A DNA stretch of 64,000 bases from an uncultured Candidatus Saccharibacteria bacterium (lineage in GTDB: Bacteria > Patescibacteriota > Saccharimonadia > Saccharimonadales > CAYVSP01). Where the stretch lies: assembly GCA_964584265.1 (NCBI GenBank), contig CAZOZI010000004.1, positions 1,877 to 65,876 on the forward strand, read 5' to 3'. The notes below the pieces were generated by a model. The model was given only the letters and a program-made list of their open reading frames with translations. It searched no databases and was not told where the DNA came from. Shown piece by piece: positions 44,567 through 54,086 of the stretch (position 1 is the first letter of the stretch; every line of letters starts with the position of its first letter). Made by a program: the position numbers and the translations under genes.

Positions 44567-45787
44567 ATGTTGACCTTCGAGTACGTTGCCCGCGATTCGG
44601 CCTCAGGCCAGAAAATCAAAGCCGAAGTGCAGGCTCAAAGTGAGCAGGCAGCCGCTAAAATGATTAAAGATCAAGGGATGTCGCCCATTGAGATTACGGC
44701 GCAACAAGAAAAAAGTACCAATTTAGTTGGCCATTATTTACATCGTATTAAGAGTAAAGACAAAGTTCTGTTTTCGCGCCAGTTGGCAACGCTAATTAAT
44801 GCCGGGTTACCACTAATACAAAGCTTACGTAGTGTTGCTCAACAGGCTACCAATAAACAATTCAAGATTATTATCAATAAGGTAATTACAGACATAGAAG
44901 GTGGCTCAGCACTTTCTGCAGCTCTTGCAAAATACCCTCGTGTGTTCAACCAGGTGTACATAAGCTTGATTGCAGCCGGTGAGACATCTGGAACGCTTGA
45001 TGCTGCGTTAGAAAGATTGGCGACACAGCAGGAAAAAGATGCCGAAATACTTAGCAAAGTCCGCGGCGCCATGATCTATCCAATTATTGTTCTAGTTGTA
45101 ATGTTTGCAGTGGTTGGCTTTATGATTATTAAGGTTCTACCCCAAGTCCAAATCTTATATGCAGGCCTACCAGGAGCTCAACTACCCATTCTTACCAGAG
45201 TATTACTAGCTATTTCTCATTTTGTTGTTAAATTTTGGTGGTTGCTGCTGATACTAATTGGTATTCTGGTCTTTTTTGGTTCGCGCTGGGCTCGATCTCT
45301 CGGTGGGAAACAAGTTGTCGATCGTTTAAAGATGAAAGCTTGGCCAATTGGTCCACTATTTATGAAGCTCTACATGGCTCGTTTTGCCCGTACTGGGCAG
45401 ACTTTAGTAGCCAGCGGTGTACCGCTTATCAAAATGCTTGAAATAACAGCTAAATCAGTTAATAACGTGCACATTGAAAAATCTATTGAAGCTGCAATTG
45501 AAAAAGTAAAAGGTGGCAAAGCTTTGTCTGACTCACTACAAGGCGATCGTAACTTTTTGGAACTGGTGCCAAATATGTTACGCGTTGGTGAGCAATCAGG
45601 TGCCATAGAACAAATGTTTGGTAAAACGGCTGATTACTATGAACATGAAGTCGATAATGAGATAAAAACCATTTCCACCATAGTTGAACCGGTCATGATG
45701 GTTATACTCGGTGTCTTTGCTTTTATCATTGTTGCGGCGGTTCTGCTGCCAATTTACGGTTTGGCCGGAAAAGACATCATCCACTAA
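44567..45787 (+). CDS. pilC: type IV pilus platform protein PilC (GspF family)
   Basis: Two GspF repeats and three TM segments. 406 aa. Confidence 0.9.
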   Translation: MLTFEYVARDSASGQKIKAEVQAQSEQAAAKMIKDQGMSPIEITAQQEKSTNLVGHYLHRIKSKDKVLFSRQLATLINAGLPLIQSLRSVAQQATNKQFKIIINKVITDIEGGSALSAALAKYPRVFNQVYISLIAAGETSGTLDAALERLATQQEKDAEILSKVRGAMIYPIIVLVVMFAVVGFMIIKVLPQVQILYAGLPGAQLPILTRVLLAISHFVVKFWWLLLILIGILVFFGSRWARSLGGKQVVDRLKMKAWPIGPLFMKLYMARFARTGQTLVASGVPLIKMLEITAKSVNNVHIEKSIEAAIEKVKGGKALSDSLQGDRNFLELVPNMLRVGEQSGAIEQMFGKTADYYEHEVDNEIKTISTIVEPVMMVILGVFAFIIVAAVLLPIYGLAGKDIIH

Positions 45788-45802
45788 CCTGTGGAGAACC
45801 TA

Positions 45803-45831
45803 TTGCTTTTTTCGTTCACACACCGTAGTAT
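45803..45831 (+). promoter_or_regulatory. candidate promoter of the major pilin gene
   Basis: TTGCTT-17-TAGTAT between pilC and the pilin gene. Confidence 0.6.
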
Positions 45832-45878
45832 GGCAAGCATAAGCATTAAATAAATAAATGCAAAGGGGGCATTTGCAA

Positions 45879-46373
45879 ATGCTAAAACAACTTAGAAAAC
45901 AAACTGAAGGCTTCACAATTATTGAAGTCTTGATCGTACTGGCTATTGCCGGACTAATACTATTAATCGTCTTCCTGGCTGTACCGGCCTTGCAGCGTAA
46001 CGGCCGTAATACAACCAAACGTAGTGACGCCAGTAAAGCTCTTGGTGCTGTTGGCGAGTTTGTCTCAAATAACAACGGCAAAGTACCAGCTACCGCAGAT
46101 GTAGCGTCCCTACAAACTTCAGCTAACTTGAGTAACGGTACAACGTTGGCCACAACAATTCCTACAGACAAGGCAGGCGTTGTGCTGGCACCTCTTAACA
46201 AGATTGAATTAGTTACAGGTGTCACTTGCACGGGTACACACGTTACTGCGGGTGCTCTAACTGATGCAGATTTCCAGGGTGAGGTTGCCAACGGCTCAGC
46301 ACGCTCATACGTTGCTCTCTTCTCGGTTGAAGGAGCAGGTGGTAAAGAAACATCACAGTGCGTCGGATCGTAA
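45879..46373 (+). CDS. major type IV pilin
   Basis: Prepilin leader MLKQLRKQTEG|FTIIEVLIVLAIAGLIL with Glu at +5. AAAGGGGG Shine-Dalgarno. Own promoter and strong terminator. Confidence 0.88.
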   Translation: MLKQLRKQTEGFTIIEVLIVLAIAGLILLIVFLAVPALQRNGRNTTKRSDASKALGAVGEFVSNNNGKVPATADVASLQTSANLSNGTTLATTIPTDKAGVVLAPLNKIELVTGVTCTGTHVTAGALTDADFQGEVANGSARSYVALFSVEGAGGKETSQCVGS

Positions 46374-46392
46374 GCTAGGATAAGCTAACGCT

Positions 46393-46422
46393 AAAAGCAG
46401 CTCGGTCACCCGAGCTGCTTTT
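46393..46422 (+). terminator. intrinsic terminator after the major pilin gene
   Basis: 13-bp perfect stem AAAAGCAGCTCGG-tcac-CCGAGCTGCTTTT with an A tract before and a T tract after (bidirectional form), 20 nt after the stop. Confidence 0.8.
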
Positions 46423-46436
46423 GCTATGATACAAGC

Positions 46437-47252
46437 ATGAAAATTCTTTTAGTTGCTGTTTTGGGGCTGACATTAGGTAGTTTCGTAAATGCGCTCGTCT
46501 GGAGGCTGCGTTTGCGCTCAAAAACAAAGACTAATCTATCAATTTGGCATGGTCGGTCGATGTGCCCAAACTGTCGACACAAATTGGCAGCCGGTGATCT
46601 TATTCCGGTGTTAAGTTGGCTATGGCTGAAGGGAAAATGTCGCTATTGCCATAAACCAATTAGCTGGCAATACCCAGTTGTTGAGCTACTCACGGCCGCA
46701 CTTTTTGTAGTTTCCTATCTAGCTTGGCCCTATTCATTTACTTCACTTCAATCTTGGCTACTTTTTGTTTTTTGGCTGATATTTCTGGTAGGTTTTGTGG
46801 CGCTGATTGCCTACGATTTACGCTGGATGCTGCTGCCTAATGTAATTATCTATCCACTACTGTATCTAGCGGCTCTTCAGACTCTGCTTCTCGCGAGCGT
46901 CTTTCATGGTGGCTGGGAATCTTTGGTGGCAGCCGCAGCGGGTGTAGCGGTACTCGGGGGTTTATTTTATCTGCTATTTCAGCTGTCTGGTGGACGTTGG
47001 ATAGGCGGCGGCGATGTAAAGCTCGGTGTTTTACTGGGCCTACTGGTAGGCGGGCCGGCAAATGCGCTATTACTACTTTTTTTGGCCTCGCTACTAGGGA
47101 GTCTTTACTCTGTACCACTAATGCTTAGCGGCAAAGCTAAACGCACTTCTCGTTTGCCATTCGGACCGTTCTTACTTGCCAGCGGCATAATTGTCTATTT
47201 ATGCGGCAGCAGCATTATAGAGTGGTATAAACGGCGTATTTTTCTGCAATAA
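46437..47252 (+). CDS. pilD: prepilin peptidase (A24 family)
   Basis: Cys motifs CPNCRH...CRYCHK, multiple TMs, GGGDVKL active-site motif. Confidence 0.9.
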   Translation: MKILLVAVLGLTLGSFVNALVWRLRLRSKTKTNLSIWHGRSMCPNCRHKLAAGDLIPVLSWLWLKGKCRYCHKPISWQYPVVELLTAALFVVSYLAWPYSFTSLQSWLLFVFWLIFLVGFVALIAYDLRWMLLPNVIIYPLLYLAALQTLLLASVFHGGWESLVAAAAGVAVLGGLFYLLFQLSGGRWIGGGDVKLGVLLGLLVGGPANALLLLFLASLLGSLYSVPLMLSGKAKRTSRLPFGPFLLASGIIVYLCGSSIIEWYKRRIFLQ

Positions 47253-47304
47253 AAGTAGTCTTGTATCTGTTCTGCAACGTGCTTATGGTATATACTGGCC
47301 GTAT

Positions 47305-48135
47305 ATGAACAAACATGGTAGTCCCAGGGGCGGCTACACTATTGTAGAAGCGCTTATTTTCTTAGCAGTTACTACAGCTCTGTTTATTAGTGCAGCGGCC
47401 TTAATTTCTGGCCAACAGGGAAGAACGGAATTTACACAGAGCGTCCGTGATTTTGAATCCCAGATGACAGATCTAGCCAATAATGTCTCATCTGGCTACT
47501 ACGCTAAAACCAAAGACTTCACATGTATTGACAACGGCACCGGCAAGCCAAAAATTAGTAGTGCTGCAAACCCTCAAGGTACGAACAAGGGATGCATATT
47601 TGTAGGTGTTGTTATACAGGTGGCGCCGGCAGGAAACGACAGTCAGTATAAAGTTTATACGGCGGCAGGACTTAAACTAAACAGTACAGGAACTGATGTT
47701 CAAGACTTGGGCGAAACACAACCAGTTCTTATATATCCGCCCTCATCAGGTTCGAGCGTTCCCGATCTTAGTACTGATTACACACTTGGTAACGGCGTAA
47801 CTTTCGTATCTCTTAATTATGGTAATCCTCCACAATCAATAGGTACGTTTGGCTTTTTTACAACTTTTGGTACGCTTGGTGGCGGTAACAAAACGGCCGG
47901 CACAATATATACTAATCTTATACCTGTGACACATACTTTATTTGCAGATACGCCAACTGTTCTGGTTGCCAGTAAATTTAAAGTAGGCAACTTAACGACC
48001 ACTAATCCGCCCGGTGGCGTTTCAATATGCTTAAAAAGCAACGGCTCTAATCAATCGGCTTTGTTGACGTATGGTGAGAATAATCGTTCATTGACTTCAG
48101 ACCTCAAATTCTTTAATAGTGGAAACTGCACTTAG
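47305..48135 (+). CDS. minor pilin / pseudopilin
   Basis: Prepilin motif GG|YTIVEALIFLAV with Glu+5. Confidence 0.75.
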   Translation: MNKHGSPRGGYTIVEALIFLAVTTALFISAAALISGQQGRTEFTQSVRDFESQMTDLANNVSSGYYAKTKDFTCIDNGTGKPKISSAANPQGTNKGCIFVGVVIQVAPAGNDSQYKVYTAAGLKLNSTGTDVQDLGETQPVLIYPPSSGSSVPDLSTDYTLGNGVTFVSLNYGNPPQSIGTFGFFTTFGTLGGGNKTAGTIYTNLIPVTHTLFADTPTVLVASKFKVGNLTTTNPPGGVSICLKSNGSNQSALLTYGENNRSLTSDLKFFNSGNCT

Positions 48136-48137
48136 CT

Positions 48138-48653
48138 ATGCGACGCATAACAAACAGAGGCGACACCATTATAGAAGTTCTAATAGCAATTTTAATTATC
48201 AGTGTCTTGCTAGGTACAGCTTATTCTACGGTCAGCCATTCTGCTAACAATGCACGGCAATCTCAAGAGCGTAGTGTAGCCATTGGCCTAATGGAAAGCC
48301 AGACTGAGCGGCTTAAAACACTAGCAAGTACGCCTGGCAACACTGTTTTTAAGTACGTTAACTGGTCTTGTGTAAATAATAGCAATCAAATCAAAGAAGC
48401 TACGGATCCAGCTCACTTGCGCCCTAATAGTGCCGTTAATCCGCCGTATCTCGATCCTAATCAGGATGACTTCAGTGAGTATACGAACGTCTGCACAGAT
48501 AGTGCACACGGAATACCATACTATTTGTCAATTCAACGAGAAGACAGCGGATCAACCCATAATTTTATCGTGCGTGTACGTTGGGAACGAGCCGGCGGCG
48601 GCAACAGCGGTGGACATGAACAGGCTAGTGTTAATTACAGGTTGTGGCCATGA
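48138..48653 (+). CDS. minor pilin / pseudopilin
   Basis: Prepilin-like N-terminus NRG|DTIIEVLIAILIISVLLG with Glu+5. Confidence 0.7.
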   Translation: MRRITNRGDTIIEVLIAILIISVLLGTAYSTVSHSANNARQSQERSVAIGLMESQTERLKTLASTPGNTVFKYVNWSCVNNSNQIKEATDPAHLRPNSAVNPPYLDPNQDDFSEYTNVCTDSAHGIPYYLSIQREDSGSTHNFIVRVRWERAGGGNSGGHEQASVNYRLWP

Positions 48654-49351
48654 GTAAACATAAACAAAGCGGCTTTACTATTATTGAACTATTGATTGCA
48701 ACAGTTGTTTTTGCAACCATACTGCTTGTCGTAACCTTTAGCATTTTATCGATTGGGCGCATTTACTATAAGAGTATTAACAGTTCTAAAACCCAGGAAA
48801 CTGCGCGCAGTGTAATGGATGAAGTAGCTAAATCGATTCAATTTAGCGGTGGTGATATTGGGCCGGGAAAACCTAATAGCAGTGATAGCAATTCACTTGC
48901 TTACTGTGTGGGTGGCCGACGCTATTCTTATAAACTAGATGTTCAGGTTGAGAAGACGGCCAACTCCGTTATGCACCAGGGTCCATACGGGCTAGTGGCT
49001 GATAGTCTATTTGGTTGTACTCCAAATGCAACTCAAGCACAAGATTTGACTAGCTCGTCGCTACCAACAAAAAGCCAAGAAACACTAGGTATCCATATGC
49101 GCGTGTCCAAGTTTGATATTTCTCAACCGGACTCTGTAAATTATCCAAACTTGTGGAAAGTAACGATACGCGTGGTTTATGGTGACGATGATTTACTTTG
49201 TAGCCCAAGTCAAGGCAACTGCAGTAACACTAACCCTACTAATTTCACCCACATTCCTCCACCTGATGATCTTAAGTGTCGATCTGAGACAGGCTCACAA
49301 TTTTGTAGTGTTTCAGAATTATCAACTGTCGTTGAAAAGCGTGTACCATAG
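48644..49351 (+). CDS. minor pilin / pseudopilin
   Basis: Prepilin motif KQSG|FTIIELLIATVVFA with Glu+5. Confidence 0.75.
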   Translation: MAMSKHKQSGFTIIELLIATVVFATILLVVTFSILSIGRIYYKSINSSKTQETARSVMDEVAKSIQFSGGDIGPGKPNSSDSNSLAYCVGGRRYSYKLDVQVEKTANSVMHQGPYGLVADSLFGCTPNATQAQDLTSSSLPTKSQETLGIHMRVSKFDISQPDSVNYPNLWKVTIRVVYGDDDLLCSPSQGNCSNTNPTNFTHIPPPDDLKCRSETGSQFCSVSELSTVVEKRVP

Positions 49352-49365
49352 TAGAGGGCATAAAC

Positions 49366-50493
49366 ATGAAAATAACTAATATAAAACATATTAACCGCGA
49401 CGAAAGTGGACTCGTAGCTATTATGGTTACGCTGTTCTTTATCTTAATTATTAGTTTGATTGTATTAACATTTGCCAGAATTATACGTCGTGAAGAGCGT
49501 CAAACACTTGATAGGCAACTTGAGACGCAAGCCTTTTATGCGGCCGAGACCGGTATTAATGATGCCAAGGCTGCTATTAATAATACCAGTGAAAATTATA
49601 AAGGACCAAAACCTAACTGTCCGCCACTTACAGGCGCAACCGACCCAATAGAACTAAAAGATAATGTGGTTGATAGTGCCCACAACGTGTCTTACCCTTG
49701 TTTGACCATAGACACAACGCCAACTTCGTTATTCTATCCAAATGTTCGTGACGGTGCATCCACAATTATTCCGGTTGGTGGCAAGTCAAAGACTGGTAAC
49801 CCAATTAGTAATTTGACCATTAGCTGGCATACCAAAGGTGATAATACCTATACCGCAAAGTGTGGGTACTCGCCAAACAGCAATACCTTTAAACCTCACG
49901 ATACCTGGTCGAGTGCAATGTGCGTAACAGGTTTACTAAGGATGGATTTGGTTAAATTGAGTGCCTCAGGATCAGTCCCGAATAGAGCCACACTACTTAG
50001 CACAGGCGATAATGTGACTTTCTTCTACCCAGTAGATCCATCAGATGCCAGTGGTGTAACCAATGTGTCTATAGCATCACTTGGGACCAAAGGCACTATT
50101 GTGCCCGTTACCTGTTCACTGGCCAATAAGGGCTGTTCCATTACACTCAATGGGCTTGGGTTTAATGCAAAAGGTGGATATTTACGGCTAATGTCAGTCT
50201 ACTTGAACTCTTCGGTTACAATTACTGCTACAGACTCCGGTGGCGCTGCCATTAAGCTTGCTGGTGCCCAGGCTCTAATTGATTCGACCGGTAAAGCTAA
50301 TGACATTCTAAAGCGAGTTGAAGCTCGGTTGCCACTGTATAACGCGCTGGCACCCGATTATGCTATTCAATCGTCAAATACTATCTGCAAGCTTTTAAGA
50401 GTAACTGACGACGGCACTATTAAGTCTGCTGACTATTATCCCAATGGAATACCTGCGGGCGTAGATACAGATTCTTGTCAGATTCAGCCTTAG
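49366..50493 (+). CDS. PilX-like pilus-associated protein
   Basis: N-terminal ESGLVAIMVTLFFILIISLIVL hydrophobic segment without Glu+5. Last gene of the pilin block. Confidence 0.6.
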   Translation: MKITNIKHINRDESGLVAIMVTLFFILIISLIVLTFARIIRREERQTLDRQLETQAFYAAETGINDAKAAINNTSENYKGPKPNCPPLTGATDPIELKDNVVDSAHNVSYPCLTIDTTPTSLFYPNVRDGASTIIPVGGKSKTGNPISNLTISWHTKGDNTYTAKCGYSPNSNTFKPHDTWSSAMCVTGLLRMDLVKLSASGSVPNRATLLSTGDNVTFFYPVDPSDASGVTNVSIASLGTKGTIVPVTCSLANKGCSITLNGLGFNAKGGYLRLMSVYLNSSVTITATDSGGAAIKLAGAQALIDSTGKANDILKRVEARLPLYNALAPDYAIQSSNTICKLLRVTDDGTIKSADYYPNGIPAGVDTDSCQIQP

Positions 50494-50503
50494 ACTAGCC
50501 TTA

Positions 50504-51418
50504 TTACTCAGACTTACGATGGAATTTTGTGTGCACCTCTTTAAGGTGGGGATCTGTGACATGGGTGTAGATTTGGGTGGTTGAAATGTTGCTGTGGCCT
50601 AAGAGTGCCTGAACGCTTCTTAGATCAGCTCCATTCATGAGCAAATCGGTAGCAAATGAATGGCGCAGCGTGTGCGGTGAAACATGCTTTGTTATACCTG
50701 CCATTAACGCGTAGCGGCTCACCATTCTTTGCACACTGCGAGCCGTTAACCGATGGTAATTGCCGCTTAAATCCACCTTTTTGCTACCACCAAAACGAAT
50801 AAATAGTGGTCGAGTAGTGTCACCACGCTCATCAAGATATTTTTGGATCCATTCCGCAGCTGCCGGACTGATAAAGATTGGTCGGTCCTTTTGGCCTTTG
50901 CCACGCACCATAAACTCACGCCTTTTCAAATTAATGTGGTCACGGTCCAAACCAACCAGTTCTGACACACGCAGCCCCGACGAGAAGAGCAACTCTAAAA
51001 TAGCGCGATCACGTAAGCCGGCAAGGCTAGAAGTGTCTATTTCACTGAAAAGTCGCTCAACTTCTTCGGTTGAAAGGAACGTTACTTGTTTACGACGGGT
51101 GCGGGCCAGCTCAATTTTGTCAGCACTCAACGCTGTGATGTCGCGTTTGGCGCAAAATTTTAAAAAACTTCTTAGTGCAATAAGATGATAGTTCTGCGTG
51201 GCAGCCTGCAGTTCATCACTAGTGTTGGTACCCAAGCGATTTAGCCACAGACGCCATTTCCGAACCAGTTCCGGAGTTATGTCTCTGACTTTTATATCTC
51301 CAGCAAAATCGATTAAACGTGTTAGATAGTGGTCATAGTTACGGATTGTCTTTTGCGACCGGTTTTGCTCAATTTCCAAGTATTCTAGAAAGTCAGTTTT
51401 AGCTTTTTCCAGGTGCAT
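50504..51418 (-). CDS. tyrosine recombinase, XerC/XerD-like
   Basis: C-terminal catalytic region HTLRHSFATDLLMNGADLRSVQALLGHSNISTTQIYTHV. Start set at MHLEKAK (51418), 6 nt after TACAAT 51425..51430; ORF-track start 51436 lies in that -10 box. Confidence 0.88.
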   Translation of the reverse strand: MHLEKAKTDFLEYLEIEQNRSQKTIRNYDHYLTRLIDFAGDIKVRDITPELVRKWRLWLNRLGTNTSDELQAATQNYHLIALRSFLKFCAKRDITALSADKIELARTRRKQVTFLSTEEVERLFSEIDTSSLAGLRDRAILELLFSSGLRVSELVGLDRDHINLKRREFMVRGKGQKDRPIFISPAAAEWIQKYLDERGDTTRPLFIRFGGSKKVDLSGNYHRLTARSVQRMVSRYALMAGITKHVSPHTLRHSFATDLLMNGADLRSVQALLGHSNISTTQIYTHVTDPHLKEVHTKFHRKSE

Positions 51419-51504
51419 ACCTACATTGTACGACACTACGGGGCAGGGCTAGTAACAGTGGTGCTTATCTGTTAAACTATTCATAAATAACATAAGGAAT
51501 AAGC

Positions 51505-52086
51505 GTGGAACGAACGTTAATAATAATCAAACCTGATGCAGTACAGCGCGGTATTGTTGGTGAAATAATTTCGAGATTTGAAAAAGTGGGTCTTAAATTT
51601 GTCGGTATGAAAATGCTGGTACCTGAAGACCAACGTCTGGCCAAACACTATCCTACTGACAGACATGAATTTATTGAGGGCATGGGGAATAAAACGCTTG
51701 ATAATTATAAAGACCTTGGCATGGATGCTACTGATGTTTTTGGCCACTCTGATGCGTATAAAATAGGTTTGCAGGTACGCGAGTGGTTAGTTGACTTTAT
51801 GAAATCAGGCCCAGTTATTGCGGCTGTACTGGAAGGTCCGCATGCTATAGATATTGTTCGTAAAATACGTGGCTTTACGCTGCCGTCGGCCGCTCAGCCA
51901 GGTACCATAGCAGGTGATTATTCGTTTGATTCTTCAGCACTAGCTAATGCTGGGCAGCGAACTATCAAAAACCTTGTCCATGCATCAGGCAATAAGGAAG
52001 AAGCTGAGCACGAGATTCCAATTTGGTTTGATAAAGATGAACTACATAACTACGAAACTATTCACCAAAAACACATGACAGATTAA
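51505..52086 (+). CDS. ndk: nucleoside-diphosphate kinase (long form)
   Basis: ERTLIIIKPDAVQRGIVGEIISRFE N-terminus and NLVHASG active-site His region. GTG start. About 45 aa longer than classic Ndk. Confidence 0.85.
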   Translation: MERTLIIIKPDAVQRGIVGEIISRFEKVGLKFVGMKMLVPEDQRLAKHYPTDRHEFIEGMGNKTLDNYKDLGMDATDVFGHSDAYKIGLQVREWLVDFMKSGPVIAAVLEGPHAIDIVRKIRGFTLPSAAQPGTIAGDYSFDSSALANAGQRTIKNLVHASGNKEEAEHEIPIWFDKDELHNYETIHQKHMTD

Positions 52087-52109
52087 ATAGGGTAAAATAC
52101 TTTAGCGTA

Positions 52110-52184
52110 GCCCCTGTAGTTCAATGGATAAAACAACTCCGTCCTAAGGAGAAGCTAGAGGTTCGACTCCTCTCGGGGGCACCA
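52110..52184 (+). tRNA. tRNA-Arg (anticodon CCU)
   Basis: Cloverleaf folded by hand: acceptor GCCCCTG/CGGGGGC, anticodon loop GTCCTAA, T arm AGAGG-TTCGACT-CCTCT, encoded CCA. Confidence 0.85.
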
Positions 52185-52483
52185 CGTCGCAATTAACTAT
52201 AACCTCGCCTCAACTTTCGCAAACAAGTGGCGAAAATTAGAGCGAGGTCTCGCGTTATTACTCCTTTTCCCAAGCTGAATCCTCTCAGCTTGGGGCTATC
52301 ACACTAGACCCTAAAGCATAAACCCTATACGCTTATAGTATGAATTCATATAAAAATGTTCTTTGGGGAGAAAGCCGGAGCGGCGGATTCATTCCGCGCC
52401 CCGCGCGTTATTGGGGTCCCCAAAAAGAGAGGATTCTTTTTGGGGTAAAGATGTGGGTGTCCCCCTCCTAAGGAGCGAACATA
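52185..52483. other. hairpin-dense non-coding region downstream of tRNA-Arg
   Basis: Hairpins at 52202..52248 (ACCTCGC/GCGAGGT outer, TTTCGC/GCGAAA inner), 52269..52294 (10-bp perfect CCCAAGCTGA/TCAGCTTGGG) and 52418..52445 (11-bp perfect). Confidence 0.5.
52418..52445. repeat. hairpin module GGGGT-[CCCCAAAAAGA..TCTTTTTGGGG]-TAAAG
   Basis: 11-bp perfect stem. Paralogue of 24930..24953. Confidence 0.55.
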
Positions 52484-53026
52484 GTGAGCGAAAAGCATAA
52501 ATACTTTGCTGACCAGTTAGACGACGAAGAAGTGCTGCTGGTTTTCCGCAAGCACCCAATTGTTATGCGCAAGGGTCTGATTTTGGGCATGATAGCTATT
52601 TTACTTGGCACCATCCCAGCTCTTATAAAGCCAGAGTATAGCTACTTTTTTGGCGGCCTGGCTGCTGGTTTTGTAGTTGGCGGACTGCTAATGCTGCCGG
52701 CCTGGATTGGCTGGTATTACAGCGTGTTTATTGTTACCAATCAGCGGCTGATTCAAATTACGCAAAAAGGCCTATTCCACAAAAGTGTCGTTGACGTCGG
52801 TATAAACCAGATACAAATGGTGAATTATGAAGTCGCCGGACTGCAAGAAACACTGCTGGGATTTGGTACAATAATGATGCAAACATACTTGGGTGATTTA
52901 GTAATTCATGACGTGCACCACCCGGCCAAAATTCAGAAGAAGCTGCTAGGTATTTTAAGAGACCAAGGGGTGGTGGCAGCGAGCTACCCCACGCACAGTA
53001 AAGGTGACAATGCAGAAGAAGATTAA
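52484..53026 (+). CDS. membrane protein with bacterial PH domain (YdbS/DUF304-like)
   Basis: Two TM helices followed by SVFIVTNQRLIQITQKGLFHKSVVDV. GTG start. Confidence 0.65.
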   Translation: MSEKHKYFADQLDDEEVLLVFRKHPIVMRKGLILGMIAILLGTIPALIKPEYSYFFGGLAAGFVVGGLLMLPAWIGWYYSVFIVTNQRLIQITQKGLFHKSVVDVGINQIQMVNYEVAGLQETLLGFGTIMMQTYLGDLVIHDVHHPAKIQKKLLGILRDQGVVAASYPTHSKGDNAEED

Positions 53027-54086
53027 AGGATTGATAGATAAGGGCAAGGATAAGATTCCTAACCAAAAACCCGAAGCCGAAGTATTACAAGAAGCCGCTG
53101 ATAATGCGCCGCGTATTACTAATGAAACCGTGGCCGAACACCGTGAAAAAGTGTTAGGTAGTGCCCGCAAATACATCTATCCGCTGCAGCATTCCAAGCA
53201 TAAGATTGTGCTTATCTCCACCTCGCTATTCATTGCAGCTGTTGTGTTCTTTTTCAGCTACTCGGTTCTAGCGCTGTATCGCCTGCAGTCTACATCCACC
53301 TTTGTATATCGGGTAACCCAGGTCTTGCCGTTTCCAGTAGCTAAAGCTGGTAAGCACTTTGTAGCTTACGAAAACTATCTGTTCGAGCTGCGTCACTATA
53401 TGCATTACTATGAATCGCAGCAAAAGCTTGACTTCAATAGCGAATCAGGCAAACAGCAACTGACAGATTTCAAAAAGCGAGCACTCGACGATGTCGTTAA
53501 TGCTGCTTATATAAAAGAATTGGCAGGCAAGCATCACGTCAGCGTGAGCGATAAAGAAGTCAGCGACCAAATTGCCATTGTACGTACTCAGAACCGTTTA
53601 GGCGGTAGCGATAAAGTTTTCGAGGATGTACTCAAGGATTACTGGGGCTGGTCGGTCGATGACTTTAAAAGGGAACTCAAACAGCAATTGCTGGCGCAAA
53701 AGGTTGTAAGCGTTCTTGATACCACTACTACCCAGCAGGCCAGCAAAGCTCTTAGTGAACTTAAAGGTGGCGCTGATTTTGCGGCTCTTGCCAAAAAATA
53801 CTCGGCTGACACGGCCACAAAAGACAATGGAGGTGATATAGGACAAGTCAGCCGCTCCGATCGCGATCTGTCGCCACAGACGGTAGATGCTCTTTTTAAG
53901 CTCAAACCTGGCCAGTTTTCAGATGTCATAAATGTTGGCTATGGTCTGGAAATAGTGAAAAACATCGAGACACAAGGTGATAAAGTACATGCGGCCCACA
54001 TACTTTTAAATTTTCAAGATGTAAATACCTATCTAAATGACTTAAAAGACAAAGAGAAAACCAAAACCTACATTACGCCCCATTAG
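53004..54086 (+). CDS. membrane-anchored parvulin-type peptidyl-prolyl isomerase (PrsA/SurA-like)
   Basis: N-terminal TM, SurA-like helical region, parvulin domain (FAALAKKYSADTATKDNGGDIG ... GYGLEIVK ... AAHILL). Confidence 0.8.
   Translation: MTMQKKIKGLIDKGKDKIPNQKPEAEVLQEAADNAPRITNETVAEHREKVLGSARKYIYPLQHSKHKIVLISTSLFIAAVVFFFSYSVLALYRLQSTSTFVYRVTQVLPFPVAKAGKHFVAYENYLFELRHYMHYYESQQKLDFNSESGKQQLTDFKKRALDDVVNAAYIKELAGKHHVSVSDKEVSDQIAIVRTQNRLGGSDKVFEDVLKDYWGWSVDDFKRELKQQLLAQKVVSVLDTTTTQQASKALSELKGGADFAALAKKYSADTATKDNGGDIGQVSRSDRDLSPQTVDALFKLKPGQFSDVINVGYGLEIVKNIETQGDKVHAAHILLNFQDVNTYLNDLKDKEKTKTYITPH

Noticed and set aside
45800-46291. 163-aa minus-strand ORF overlapping the pilin gene
   Set aside because: The plus-strand ORF has an unmistakable prepilin leader, a Shine-Dalgarno site, a promoter and a terminator. 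The antisense ORF has none of these.
46425-46439. TATGAT-N6-ATG in front of pilD as a leaderless promoter
   Set aside because: The corresponding -35 position falls inside the pilin terminator stem and does not resemble TTGACA. pilD is more likely expressed by read-through or from an unrecognised signal.
50504-51418. Xer-like recombinase as the integron-type integrase of the array at 55-58.7 kb
   Set aside because: Its sequence and length look like an ordinary XerC/XerD. I see no extra IntI-type insertion. It lies 3.5 kb from the array with unrelated genes between, and no attI-like site is evident. I keep it only as the nearest recombinase.
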